NCBI GenBank assembly: GCA_947630585.1
Contig: CANRIE010000108.1
Span: 1-36,148, forward strand
Direction of reading: 5' to 3'
From: an uncultured Bacilli bacterium
GTDB lineage: Bacteria; Bacillota_I; Bacilli_A; RF39; UBA660
DNA: 36,148 nt
The translations under genes and the position numbers were made by a program. Of the stretch, positions 10,208 to 20,119 are shown piece by piece; position 1 is the stretch's first letter, and each line of letters begins with the position of its first letter. Below the pieces are notes generated by a model, which saw only the letters and a list, made by a program, of their open reading frames with translations, was not told where the DNA came from and searched no databases.

Positions 10208-11011
10208 ATGAATCGGGTTGCAATTGATTTAGGTTTTATTCAAATTTATTGGTATTCTATAACTATGTTATGTGGAGTAATATTTGGAGGAAGCCTTGCG
10301 TATTTAGAACTTAAAAGAAACAAAAGAGATACTAAGTTTTATTTAGATATGATTTTTTATGTTATAGTATTTGGTTTTTTAGGAGCAAGACTTTATTATG
10401 TTTTATTTAACTTAGATTATTATTTAGAAAATGTGGGTGAGATACTTGCTATTTGGAATGGGGGATTAGCAATTCATGGAGCAATTATAGCAGGTATTAT
10501 AACCATATTTATTTATAGTAAAATTCATAATAAGAAAAAAAGTGAAGTTATAGGTTATTTAGATGCTACAACATTAGGCTTAATTTTAGGTCAAATAATT
10601 GGAAGATGGGGAAATTTCTTCAATAGTGAGGCTCATGGTGGGGAAACAACAAGAGCATTTTTAGAAAGTATCCATATCCCAGACTTTATAATTAAAGGAA
10701 TGACAATTGATGGAGTAGTATATCATCCAACGTTTCTTTATGAATCATTTTTAAATTTAATTGGTTTAATAATATTACTTATAGTGTGCCGAATTAAAAA
10801 AGTTAAAGTTGGAATGCCACTTGCTGTTTACTTAATGTGGTATGCAGTAGTCAGATTCTTCATTGAAAGTATGCGAACTGATAGTTTAATGTTAGGTTCC
10901 TTAAAAATGGCTCAAGTAATTTCCATTTTCTTCTTTATAATTGGTATAATAATCTTTATAATTTCTAAAAAATATGGTATAAATTATAATAAGGAGAGTG
11001 ATAAAAAATGA
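10208..11011 (+). CDS. lgt: Prolipoprotein diacylglyceryl transferase
   Basis: IYWYS, GARLYYV, GGLAIHG, GRWGNFFNSEAHG, HPTFLYES. Confidence 0.97.
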   Translation: MNRVAIDLGFIQIYWYSITMLCGVIFGGSLAYLELKRNKRDTKFYLDMIFYVIVFGFLGARLYYVLFNLDYYLENVGEILAIWNGGLAIHGAIIAGIITIFIYSKIHNKKKSEVIGYLDATTLGLILGQIIGRWGNFFNSEAHGGETTRAFLESIHIPDFIIKGMTIDGVVYHPTFLYESFLNLIGLIILLIVCRIKKVKVGMPLAVYLMWYAVVRFFIESMRTDSLMLGSLKMAQVISIFFFIIGIIIFIISKKYGINYNKESDKK

Positions 11012-11910
11012 ATTACGATTGTATAATTGTTGGAGGAGGAATTGCTGGAATAACAGCTAGTATTTATTTAAAAAATGCTAATAAAAAAGTTCTATTAATT
11101 GAAAAAGGAACGATGGGAGGAATATTAAACAAGGTAAGTACTATTAAAAACTATCCTGGTTTTAAAGAAATAGCAGGACCTGACTTAGCTTTTAATCTAT
11201 ATGAACAAGCCAAAGTTAATGAGATTGAAATTGTTCTTGATACTGTAATTGATATTGAAAATAAAGATAATCTTAATAAAGTTATTTTAAAAGATAAAGA
11301 ATATACTTGTAAATATCTAATTTTGGCAACGGGGAAGGAAGCTCGGAAATTAGGACTTCCTAACGAAGATAAATTAGTAGGCCATGGTGTTAGTTACTGC
11401 GCTTTATGTGATGCAAATTTTTATAAAGGCAAAGATGTATGCGTGATTGGAGCCGGGGACTCTGCCTTACTTGAATCTTTATATCTTGCTAATATTTGTC
11501 GAAGTGTAACTATTTTAAATAAATATCCTAAATTTAAAGGACAAGAGGGAATGCTTAAAGATTTATTAAAACATGATAATGTTAAAATTCTTTATAATAG
11601 TTTAACAACATCCTTAAAAGAAGAAGATGAGAGATTAGTTGGCATTACTTATCAACAAGATTCTAAAGACAAGGAACTTAAAACAGATGCTATATTTGTC
11701 TATATTGGAAGTACACCTAATATCTTATCAGGGTTAGATTTAGAACTTGATGGTAAATACTTAAAAGTTGATGAAAATAAAAAAACGAACCTTGATAATA
11801 TCTATGCAGTAGGTGACGTTATTAGTAAAGATTTATATCAATTAGTTGGAGCAGCAAATGACGGCATGATTGCAGCAACCTCAATTATTAAACGTTTAAA
11901 TAAGGAGTAA
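11008..11910 (+). CDS. trxB: Thioredoxin-disulfide reductase
   Basis: GGGIAG FAD motif, NYPG, GVSYCALCD redox CxxC, GAGDSA, YAVGD. Confidence 0.9.
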   Translation: MNYDCIIVGGGIAGITASIYLKNANKKVLLIEKGTMGGILNKVSTIKNYPGFKEIAGPDLAFNLYEQAKVNEIEIVLDTVIDIENKDNLNKVILKDKEYTCKYLILATGKEARKLGLPNEDKLVGHGVSYCALCDANFYKGKDVCVIGAGDSALLESLYLANICRSVTILNKYPKFKGQEGMLKDLLKHDNVKILYNSLTTSLKEEDERLVGITYQQDSKDKELKTDAIFVYIGSTPNILSGLDLELDGKYLKVDENKKTNLDNIYAVGDVISKDLYQLVGAANDGMIAATSIIKRLNKE

Positions 11911-11912
11911 CT

Positions 11913-12836
11913 ATGTCTTTTACAACCAGAGTTAAAAATGAAATAAGTAATAATTATAGTAATAAAAATGCCAATATAGCTGAGTTATCAGCCATAGTTA
12001 GAAATTCTTATCATCTTGAAAATGGTTTAGAATTAATAACAGAGAATTCAACAATCTGTAAGCATTTATATAATTTATTTAAAGAAACTTATAATATAAA
12101 TGTTAAAACAGAGATTATAAATAATAAAACAAAACGGGTATATTGGGTTTTTATTCCTGATAAATTAGATATTATTTTAAAAGATTTAGGAGTTTTAGAT
12201 AACAACCATGAATATTTAAAAACACCACCTACTTATATATTAGAATCAGAAGATGAAAAACGAGCTTATTTAAAAGGAATTTTTCTAGCAACGGGAAGTT
12301 GTAATGATCCCAAAACCTCAATGTATCATTTAGAATTTAAAATAGATTATTTAGAAGAAGCAAATTTTGTTTCAAATTTACTTAATGAATTTTATTTAAA
12401 TAGTAAAGTTATTAATCGTGATAAAGGTTATATGGTATATGTTAAAGAAGCTGAGAAAATTGGGGATTTTTTAAGAATAATTGAAGCAAGTCTTGCCGTT
12501 ATGTATTATGAAGATATTAGAATTTATAGAGATCACAAGAATATGACTAATCGGCTTAATAACTGTGAACAAGCTAATTTTGAAAAAAGTATGTTAACAT
12601 CAAGTAAGCAAGTTGAAGATATTAATTTAATTAAAGATGTAATAGGGATTGAGGCTTTAGATACGAAAATCGAGGAAGCAGCTAGGTACCGGTTAAAATA
12701 TCCTGAATCATCATTAGAAGAATTAAGTCAAATTATGACTCTTGAAACCGGTGTTCCTATTACTAAGTCAGGTTTAAATCATCGTTTTCGTAAGATTAAA
12801 GAGATAGCAAACAGGATAAGAGAAAATCAAAAATAA
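11913..12836 (+). CDS. whiA: DNA-binding protein WhiA
   Basis: MSFTTRVKNE, AYLKGIFLATGS..DP, NRLNNCEQAN, ITKSGLNHRFRK. Confidence 0.96.
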   Translation: MSFTTRVKNEISNNYSNKNANIAELSAIVRNSYHLENGLELITENSTICKHLYNLFKETYNINVKTEIINNKTKRVYWVFIPDKLDIILKDLGVLDNNHEYLKTPPTYILESEDEKRAYLKGIFLATGSCNDPKTSMYHLEFKIDYLEEANFVSNLLNEFYLNSKVINRDKGYMVYVKEAEKIGDFLRIIEASLAVMYYEDIRIYRDHKNMTNRLNNCEQANFEKSMLTSSKQVEDINLIKDVIGIEALDTKIEEAARYRLKYPESSLEELSQIMTLETGVPITKSGLNHRFRKIKEIANRIRENQK

Positions 12837-12839
12837 TGC

Positions 12840-12868
12840 TTGCTTAGAAGGAGTAAAAATAGTATAAT
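12840..12868 (+). promoter_or_regulatory. Sigma-A type promoter of the lemA-DUF2207 operon
   Basis: TTGCTT-N17-TATAAT. Confidence 0.6.
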
Positions 12869-12891
12869 GATTATAGTTAGGAGGAAAAAAT

Positions 12892-13440
12892 ATGTGGCTA
12901 TGGATTATTTTAGGAATCGTAGTAGTTATTCTAGTTTATGTATTTGCAACTTATAATAGTTTAGTAGGACTAAGAAATCGGGTTGAAGAAGCTTTTTCAA
13001 CAATGGATGTTTATTTAAAGAAAAGATGGGATTTAATTCCTAATATTGTTGAAACTGTTAAAGGTTATGCTAAACATGAAAAAGAGACTTTAAGTGATAT
13101 AATGTCTTTAAGAAATAGTGCTTATGATAAGATGTCAGTTAATGATAAAGTTGATGTTAACAATAAATTATCACAAGGAATAACCAAGTTAATGGCAATA
13201 GCTGAAGCGTATCCTGATTTAAAGGCAAATGAAAACTTTAAAGATTTAAGTGGACAACTTGCTAAAGTAGAAGAAGATATTGCTAATGCTAGAAAATATT
13301 ATAATGGAGCTGTTCGAATCATGAATGATAAAGTTGCAATGTTCCCAAGTAATATAATTGCTAGTATGTTCGGTTTCAAAAAACAAAAAATGTTTGAAGC
13401 TAACGAAACTGAAAGAGAAAACGTTAAAGTTAAATTTTAG
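12892..13440 (+). CDS. lemA: LemA family protein
   Basis: N-terminal TM, YNSLV.LRN.VEEA, KKRWDLIPN, AEAYPDLKAN, FPSN. Confidence 0.95.
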   Translation: MWLWIILGIVVVILVYVFATYNSLVGLRNRVEEAFSTMDVYLKKRWDLIPNIVETVKGYAKHEKETLSDIMSLRNSAYDKMSVNDKVDVNNKLSQGITKLMAIAEAYPDLKANENFKDLSGQLAKVEEDIANARKYYNGAVRIMNDKVAMFPSNIIASMFGFKKQKMFEANETERENVKVKF

Positions 13441-13457
13441 AAAAGGAGGGATTTATT

Positions 13458-14657
13458 ATGAATAAGTTAATTAATAAATCTCTTGTTTTCTTTTTATTAT
13501 TGTTTTCATGTTTAAATGTTAAAGCTTTAGAAATAGATCAAGGTTTTAATAATATCTTTATTCCAACAATTTATTATGCTATTCCAATTATCTGTTTAAT
13601 TATATCTTTAATAATACTTGGTATATGTAAAATTAAAAGTCGAAAAAATATTGGTAAGGAAATAATACCACTTGAGTTTTATCAACCAGATAGTTTAAAC
13701 AGTTTAGATGTTGGAAGATTATATAAAGGTGAAGCAAACGAAAAAGATGTTATTTCATTACTTATATATTTAGCAAATAAAGGCTATCTTAAAATATCAG
13801 ATAAGGATAGTAAAGAGAATTTTAAAATAATAAAAATTAAAGATTATGATGGTAATAACAATGAAGAAAAATTATTTTTAGATGGTTTATTTAAAAATGC
13901 TATAAAAAATGAAGAAGGGGAGGAATTTATTACTGTAACTAAATTAAAATATAGGTTTTATAGTACAATTCATAATATCTTAATTAATGTAAATAACGTT
14001 TTTAATGTTCAAAAACTAATTAAAAAAGATTATTCTAAACAAGAATTAAATTTAAAGAAAGTTATTCTTTATTTAATAATTATAGTAATATTATCTTTGA
14101 TATTAATACCAATTTTAAATGGAGGTATAGTAATAATTATAAAAAATATTAGTTATTTAATAGGATTAATTCTTGGAATAACAATAGTTATTTTGATGAT
14201 ATATATAAGAAAAATTATTAAAATTGAGCCTAAACGAACTGATTATGGTAGGAAAATGTTTGCTAAAATAAATGGATTTAAAATGTTTTTAGAAACTGCT
14301 GGGAAGGATAAATTAGAAAAACTAGTTAGTGAAAATCCAAGGTATTTCTATGATATATTACCATTTGTTTATGTTCTTGGAGTATCAAATAAATGGATAA
14401 AGAATTTTGAATACTTAAAATTACAAAGTCCAACTTGGTATTTAGGATTATCTGATTTTAAAGATAAAATTAATAGTACTTTTGAAATTAGTACGAAATA
14501 TATGACATTTAAGTCTAATCTTTATTGCGACAGTTTATCAAGTCTTGAAACAAGTTCTTCTGGTTCAAGTGATTCCGGTGGTGGAATATCAGGAGGAGGC
14601 TCCGGAGGTGGGGTGGAGGCTCATGGTAGAAAGAGGTTTTATGAAAAAATTAATTAA
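13458..14657 (+). CDS. DUF2207 family membrane protein lacking the extracellular domain; 1-nt frameshift in the Gly-rich tail (ancestral stop probably at 14627-14629)
   Basis: EFYQP, SLLIYLANKGY and YFYDILPFVYVLGVS shared with the downstream paralogues; out-of-frame GGA GGC TCA TGG TAG at 14615-14629. Confidence 0.8.
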   Translation: MNKLINKSLVFFLLLFSCLNVKALEIDQGFNNIFIPTIYYAIPIICLIISLIILGICKIKSRKNIGKEIIPLEFYQPDSLNSLDVGRLYKGEANEKDVISLLIYLANKGYLKISDKDSKENFKIIKIKDYDGNNNEEKLFLDGLFKNAIKNEEGEEFITVTKLKYRFYSTIHNILINVNNVFNVQKLIKKDYSKQELNLKKVILYLIIIVILSLILIPILNGGIVIIIKNISYLIGLILGITIVILMIYIRKIIKIEPKRTDYGRKMFAKINGFKMFLETAGKDKLEKLVSENPRYFYDILPFVYVLGVSNKWIKNFEYLKLQSPTWYLGLSDFKDKINSTFEISTKYMTFKSNLYCDSLSSLETSSSGSSDSGGGISGGGSGGGVEAHGRKRFYEKIN

Positions 14658-17145
14658 TAGATTGATTGCTATAGCAGTTATTATAGCAAGCCTTCTAGTT
14701 TTAAATGTTAAAGCTTATGAATATGATTATGAGATAACGAAATTTGATATAGAAATGATAGTAAACTCTGATAACTCATTTGATATTAAAGAAACAATAG
14801 GAGTATATTACAATGTACCAAAGCATGGTATTTATAGAACAATTCCTTTAGAAAATAATATTAAAAGAGCAGATAATACTACTTCTAAAACTTATGCTAT
14901 GGTTGAAAATGTAAGTGTTAATCAAAAATATACAGCAAATAAAGAAGGAAATTATGAGTATGTAATTAGAATTGGATCTGAAGATGAAACTTTAACTGGT
15001 AGTCAAGAATATGTAATTAATTATAAATATGTTTTAAATTATGCTAATGAAGAAGGTTTTGATGAGTTATATTATAATATAATCGGAACTGATTGGGATA
15101 CAACGATAAAAAATGTAACTTTTAAAATCACGATGCCAAAAGATTTTGATAAAAGTAAATTAGGATTTTCTAAAGGAAAATCTGGTTCAACTAATAGTAC
15201 AGGAATTACTTATCAAGTAGATGGAAATATTATAACAGGAAGTTTTGATGGAACATTAAAACCCTCAGAAGGCTTAACAGTAAGGTTAGAATTACCTAAA
15301 GGTTATTTTGAATCTAATAATGATTATATAAATGATAGTAGATATGAATATGTAATAAATAACTATGATATAGAAATGAAAGTAAATCTTGATAATACAT
15401 TTGATATTAAAGAAACAATTGATACCTATTTCAATCAAGAAAAACATGGTATCTATAGAAAACTACCTTTAAGAAATGAAGTTGAAAGATTAGATGGTTC
15501 TAAAACTATAAATCGAGCTAAAGTAACGAATTTAAAAGTTAATCAGGAATATACAACTAGTAAAAAAGACAATTATTTTAGAATTCAAATAGGAAATCCT
15601 AATAAAGTAATTAAAGGAGAAAATAAATATATAATTAATTATAAATATAATTTAGGAAGTGATAAAAATAATAAATATGATGAGTTATATTATAATATAA
15701 TTGGAACCGAATGGGATACAAAAATAAAGAATGTAACTTTTAAAATAACAATGCCTAAAAGCTTTGATGAAAGTAAATTAGGTTTTGCTAAAGGGGAAGA
15801 TGGTTCAACCGATAGTAGAGGCATAACTTATCAAGTAGATGGAAATGTTATAACAGGGAGTTACAATAAATCTTTAGCACCATATGAAGGATTAACAATT
15901 AGATTAGAGTTACCTGAAGGATATTTTGAAGGAGTTGACTTAATTGTTGATTTAAATATTTTACTAATGTTTATTATTCCAATTGCTAGCCTAGTTATTT
16001 CAATCTTTTTATGGTATAAATTTGGAATAGATGATAAAGTAATTGAAACAATTGAATTTTATCCACCTAAAGGCTATAATAGTTTAGAAGTTGGATATTT
16101 ATATAAAGGTATTGCTGAAAATGAAGATGTAATCTCTTTGCTAATATATCTTGCTAATAAAGGGTATATTAAAATAGCAGAAACTGAAGCAAAATCATTA
16201 TTTACATCAGTAAAAAGTTTTGAAATAACTAAATTAAAAGAATATGATGGTGATAATATAAATGAAAAATTATTTTTTAAAGGATTATTTAAAACCGGTG
16301 ATAAAGTAACAGAAAGTGATTTAAGGAATAGTTTTTATGTTACAATGAATGAGATATTAGGAAATATTAATACAAGTGTAAATAATAACCAAATTTTTGA
16401 TAAGGAAACATCTAAAAAAACAATTATTATAGTAATTCTAATGATTATTACCTTTATAACGATGATATTAGTACCAAGTATGGATTATTCATCAGGTATT
16501 ATTAGTATAATAATGACTATATTTACATGTTTATTCCTTTTACCTTTTTATGCTATTGGGTTATTTGCTAAATTACCTTTACTATTTAGAATTGTTTGGT
16601 TAGGGTTTATGATATTCTTGTCCTCATTTTTCGTTTTTGAGACAACAATTTGGCAAGCAATTCAAAATGATTATATATATTTATTTGCAGTAATAGTAGA
16701 TTTATTAAGTTTAATAGGTATGGGAGTAGCTTGTAAATTAATGGCTAAACGGACTAAATATGGACTAGAAATGTTAGGGAAAATAAAAGGATTTAAAACA
16801 TTTTTAGAAACGGCAGAAAAAGAAAAATTAGAGGCTTTAGTCTTAGAAAATCCAACTTATTTTTATGATATCTTGCCTTACACATATGTTCTTGATGTAT
16901 CTAATAAATGGATGGAAAAATTTGAAAGTATTGCCGTTGAACCTCCAACTTGGTATGATAGTTCTGATACTTTTGATATAGTAACGTTCTCTTCATTTGT
17001 AAGTACAACTATTGCATCAGCTACATCTAGTATGTCATCTAGTCCTTCATCATCAAGTGATAGTGATTCTGGAGGCGGTGGTGGCTCATCTGGTGGAGGT
17101 TCATCAGGAGGCGGCTCCGGAGGCGGAGGCGGTGGCTCATGGTAG
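14641..17145 (+). CDS. DUF2207 family membrane protein with two tandem extracellular domains
   Basis: ATG 14641 with SD AAAGAGG; signal peptide ending LNVKA; KHGIYR, DELYYNIIGT.WD and EGLT.RLELP.GYF each occur twice; GGGGGGSW C-terminus. Confidence 0.9.
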   Translation: MKKLINRLIAIAVIIASLLVLNVKAYEYDYEITKFDIEMIVNSDNSFDIKETIGVYYNVPKHGIYRTIPLENNIKRADNTTSKTYAMVENVSVNQKYTANKEGNYEYVIRIGSEDETLTGSQEYVINYKYVLNYANEEGFDELYYNIIGTDWDTTIKNVTFKITMPKDFDKSKLGFSKGKSGSTNSTGITYQVDGNIITGSFDGTLKPSEGLTVRLELPKGYFESNNDYINDSRYEYVINNYDIEMKVNLDNTFDIKETIDTYFNQEKHGIYRKLPLRNEVERLDGSKTINRAKVTNLKVNQEYTTSKKDNYFRIQIGNPNKVIKGENKYIINYKYNLGSDKNNKYDELYYNIIGTEWDTKIKNVTFKITMPKSFDESKLGFAKGEDGSTDSRGITYQVDGNVITGSYNKSLAPYEGLTIRLELPEGYFEGVDLIVDLNILLMFIIPIASLVISIFLWYKFGIDDKVIETIEFYPPKGYNSLEVGYLYKGIAENEDVISLLIYLANKGYIKIAETEAKSLFTSVKSFEITKLKEYDGDNINEKLFFKGLFKTGDKVTESDLRNSFYVTMNEILGNINTSVNNNQIFDKETSKKTIIIVILMIITFITMILVPSMDYSSGIISIIMTIFTCLFLLPFYAIGLFAKLPLLFRIVWLGFMIFLSSFFVFETTIWQAIQNDYIYLFAVIVDLLSLIGMGVACKLMAKRTKYGLEMLGKIKGFKTFLETAEKEKLEALVLENPTYFYDILPYTYVLDVSNKWMEKFESIAVEPPTWYDSSDTFDIVTFSSFVSTTIASATSSMSSSPSSSSDSDSGGGGGSSGGGSSGGGSGGGGGGSW
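14722..15930 (+). repeat. Internal tandem domain duplication (about 14722-15312 and 15343-15930)
   Basis: Near-identical peptides such as NVTFKITMPK.FD.SKLGF.KG..GST.S.GITYQVDGN.ITGS in both copies. Confidence 0.9.
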
Positions 17146-17157
17146 AAAGGAGTTAAA

Positions 17158-19002
17158 ATGAAAAAAATAAAAAATATAATATTAATACTTGTAATAATGC
17201 TATTACCAAGTTTAAATGTTAAAGCCTATGATTATGAAATAACAAAATTTGATATTGAAATGGTTGTTAACCCTGATAATTCTTTTGATATAAAAGAAAC
17301 TATTGATACCTATTTTTATATAAAAAAACATGGTATTTATAGAATATTACCTTTAAAAAATGAAGTTAAAAGATTAGATGGGACAACTTCTACTAATCGA
17401 GCCAAAATAACTAATATAAATGTTAATAATCAGTATACAACTTATAAAACAGGTAATGACTTTGAAATTAGAATTGGAAATCCTGATTATGAGTATACTG
17501 GATCATCACAATATGTAATTAGTTATCGATATAATATAGGAAATGATAAAAATAAGTATTTTGATGAATTATATTACAATTTAGTTGGTACAAGATGGGA
17601 TGATACAACGATTTCTAATGTAACTTTTAAAATAACAATGCCTAAAAGTTTTGATAAAAGTAAATTAGGATTTTCAGCAGGTTCTTATGGGACGATAGGA
17701 ACAAGAAAAGTTAACTATCAAGTAAATGGAAATGTTATAACAGGAAGTTATAATGGTACTTTAAATCCTCGTGAAGGATTAACAATAAGATTGGAACTAC
17801 CTGATGGTTATTTTATCAAGCAAAACACTGATATAAAATATTTAATATGTTTTATATTTCCTATTATTATGTTAATAATATCAGGATTTATTTGGTATAT
17901 ATATGGTCGTGATGATAAGGTAGTTGAAACTATAGAATTTTATCCACCAGAAGGTAGAAATAGTTTAGAAATAGGTTTTCTTTATAAAGGAAAAGCTAAC
18001 AAAATTGATGTGATTTCTTTATTAATATATCTTGCTAATAAGGGTTATATCAAAATTCAAGAATATCAAGAAAAGAAAATGTTTTTTAAAGTAGATACTT
18101 TTAAAATTATTAAATTAAAAGAGTATAATGGCAATAATAAGGAAGAAAAATTATTCTTAGAAGGTCTATTTAAAAAATCTAAAACTGAAAATGGAATTCA
18201 ATATGTAACAAAAGATGATTTATATAATAAGTTTTATAAAACAATAACTAAGATTTTAAATAACGTTAATTCAAAAGAAAATAAAAATTTAATTTATGAA
18301 AAGAAAACTAAATTGTCATTTATAATAATTTTATTTTATATTATATCTATATTATTATCTTTTATTCCGTTTATAGATACTTATACGTTAGAAATTGAAT
18401 TTATATGTTCGGCACTGCCTATGGGAGCGGGAATGTATTGTTTAGCATTTGTAATAACTAAAGATAATATAAGAATAAGGGCTAAGATTAATGCAAGTTG
18501 TATATATATTTCTGAAATATTAGCAGGATTATCACTTGCAGTAATGCACTTAGGTGAATTGCCCGAATTTATTTTTATATTTATAATTGGTCATCTTTCA
18601 GCATTTGGTATAATTATATTTTATACTTTATTAGATAAAAGAAATAAATATGGAACTGAAATATTAGGAAAAATAAAAGGATTTAAGACTTTCTTAGAAA
18701 CAGCTGAAAAAGACAAATTAGAATCATTAGTATTAGAAAATCCAACTTATTTTTATGATATTTTACCATTTACTTATGTTCTTAGAGTATCAGATAAATG
18801 GATAAAGAAATTTGAAAGTATTTCAATGGAAGCTCCTAATTGGTATGATAGTAATAGTGCTTTTGATATAATAAGATTTAATACTTTCATCCATACTACT
18901 ATGATTGTTGCTTCAAGTACAATATCTTCAAGTTCTGGTGGCTCATCAGGAGGAGGATCATCAGGAGGTGGCTCTGGAGGTGGAGGCGGCGGCTCATGGT
19001 AA
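17158..19002 (+). CDS. DUF2207 family membrane protein with one extracellular domain
   Basis: Same motifs as the upstream paralogue; signal peptide ending LNVKA; GGGGGGSW end. Confidence 0.9.
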   Translation: MKKIKNIILILVIMLLPSLNVKAYDYEITKFDIEMVVNPDNSFDIKETIDTYFYIKKHGIYRILPLKNEVKRLDGTTSTNRAKITNINVNNQYTTYKTGNDFEIRIGNPDYEYTGSSQYVISYRYNIGNDKNKYFDELYYNLVGTRWDDTTISNVTFKITMPKSFDKSKLGFSAGSYGTIGTRKVNYQVNGNVITGSYNGTLNPREGLTIRLELPDGYFIKQNTDIKYLICFIFPIIMLIISGFIWYIYGRDDKVVETIEFYPPEGRNSLEIGFLYKGKANKIDVISLLIYLANKGYIKIQEYQEKKMFFKVDTFKIIKLKEYNGNNKEEKLFLEGLFKKSKTENGIQYVTKDDLYNKFYKTITKILNNVNSKENKNLIYEKKTKLSFIIILFYIISILLSFIPFIDTYTLEIEFICSALPMGAGMYCLAFVITKDNIRIRAKINASCIYISEILAGLSLAVMHLGELPEFIFIFIIGHLSAFGIIIFYTLLDKRNKYGTEILGKIKGFKTFLETAEKDKLESLVLENPTYFYDILPFTYVLRVSDKWIKKFESISMEAPNWYDSNSAFDIIRFNTFIHTTMIVASSTISSSSGGSSGGGSSGGGSGGGGGGSW

Positions 19003-19073
19003 CTTTTAAAAGGAAAATTGTAATTTGTTGTTTTAACTTTAAGGTCGAATCCTCATTTAAGAGATAAAACATA

Positions 19074-19109
19074 AAAGAGAAAGTTCCAATTTAGCTTTCT
19101 CTTTATTTT
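19074..19109. terminator. Bidirectional terminator
   Basis: AAAGAGAAAG-loop-CTTTCTCTTT between convergent genes. Confidence 0.65.
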
Positions 19110-19321
19110 ACTCGTCTTTTATTTAAGTCTAAACCTAATAATTCTAACTTTATAATAACTTGTTTAATTTCAGAATCAATAAGTCCAATTGATTTTAAAT
19201 TCTTACGATTTAAAACCCATAAATCATTAATTTTTAATATATTATTTTCTTTAAATAAATTAGTAATTTTATCATTTAAGTTTAAATAACTAATATCTTC
19301 ATCCAAATATTTACTACGCAT
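19103..19321 (-). CDS. Stand-alone RNA polymerase alpha C-terminal domain-like protein (72 aa)
   Basis: LDEDISYLNLNDKITNLFKENNILKINDL...KLELLGLDL follows the hydrophobic pattern of the RpoA CTD (I..L.L..R..N.LK...I.....L...KLEELGL.L); SD AAGAGGG; starts 1 nt after the carD stop. Confidence 0.7.
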   Translation of the reverse strand: MRSKYLDEDISYLNLNDKITNLFKENNILKINDLWVLNRKNLKSIGLIDSEIKQVIIKLELLGLDLNKRRVK

Positions 19322-19322
19322 T

Positions 19323-19805
19323 TTAAAGACCCTCTTGAAGTTTATTAAAAACATATTCTTCCATTTCTGAGTAACTCATTGAAAGAACAACTGATAACTC
19401 TGGAAATAAATATTTTTCAGCTAGTTCCATATAATTCTTATCTTTATCACTTATTTTCCGTTTATGATCAACACGATTTTTATTTCTTAAATAAGTAGTT
19501 TTAATAACTTTAAGTAAATCTTCGTGAGTACCTTCAGCTAATAATCTCTTATATTCACTTTCAATTAACTTATCATCAATTGCGATAATATCTAAACTAT
19601 TAATACTATCAACAATTTTTCGTCCTTCATCTAAACTTATTAAACTTCTAATGGAAGGATTATTAACTGGAATACTTAACTTTAAAGAATTATCATTAAT
19701 TGGTACTAATATATAATAATCAGTATCATTCATATATTTTTCTTTAATGTTTTCAACTTGACAGACATCCTTTAAATATATTACATAATCTCCAACATTA
19801 TACAT
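19323..19805 (-). CDS. carD: CarD family transcriptional regulator
   Basis: MYNVGDYVIY..DVCQVENI...YYILVP...IPV RID-like N-domain; AEKYLFPELSVVL C-terminus; SD AGGAGG; TGtTATAAT extended -10 at about 19853-19861. Confidence 0.85.
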   Translation of the reverse strand: MYNVGDYVIYLKDVCQVENIKEKYMNDTDYYILVPINDNSLKLSIPVNNPSIRSLISLDEGRKIVDSINSLDIIAIDDKLIESEYKRLLAEGTHEDLLKVIKTTYLRNKNRVDHKRKISDKDKNYMELAEKYLFPELSVVLSMSYSEMEEYVFNKLQEGL

Positions 19806-19920
19806 TGTTAACCTCCTAAATAAGACTATCACTAGTGCTTTTTAACAACCTTATTATAACACTTTTTAAGAAAAAATGTAAGTAAAAATTTGAAAAAGTG
19901 ACTAAAAAAACTATTATTTC

Positions 19921-20119
19921 AATAGTTATTTTCTCTTATCAAAAAGTTTATCAATTAATCCATATTCTAAAGCTTCTTTACTATCTAAGAAATAATCACG
20001 TTTGGTGTCTTTAGTTATTTCTTTAATACTTTTTCTGGTGTTTAGAGATAGAATTGTATTTAGTTTTTCTTTCAATTTCAAAATTCTTTCAGCAACAATC
20101 TTAATCCACGTTGCTTGAC
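19921..20119 (-). pseudogene. clpP: Duplicated 3' fragment of clpP; direct repeat of 21004-21202
   Basis: Ungapped 199-bp alignment at offset 1083 with 15 mismatches counted by hand; encodes [20 protein letters not shown]...[11 protein letters not shown]; no in-frame ATG at its 5' edge; own AACTATT/AATAGTT hairpin at 19909-19927. Confidence 0.93.

Noticed and set aside
14545-14640. N-terminal extension of the second DUF2207
   Set aside because: Reads through the upstream Gly-rich tail; the SD and signal peptide support ATG 14641
19029-19071. Imperfect hairpin TGTTTTA...TAAAACA as a possible sRNA
   Set aside because: AT-rich and bulged; most simply part of the terminator region
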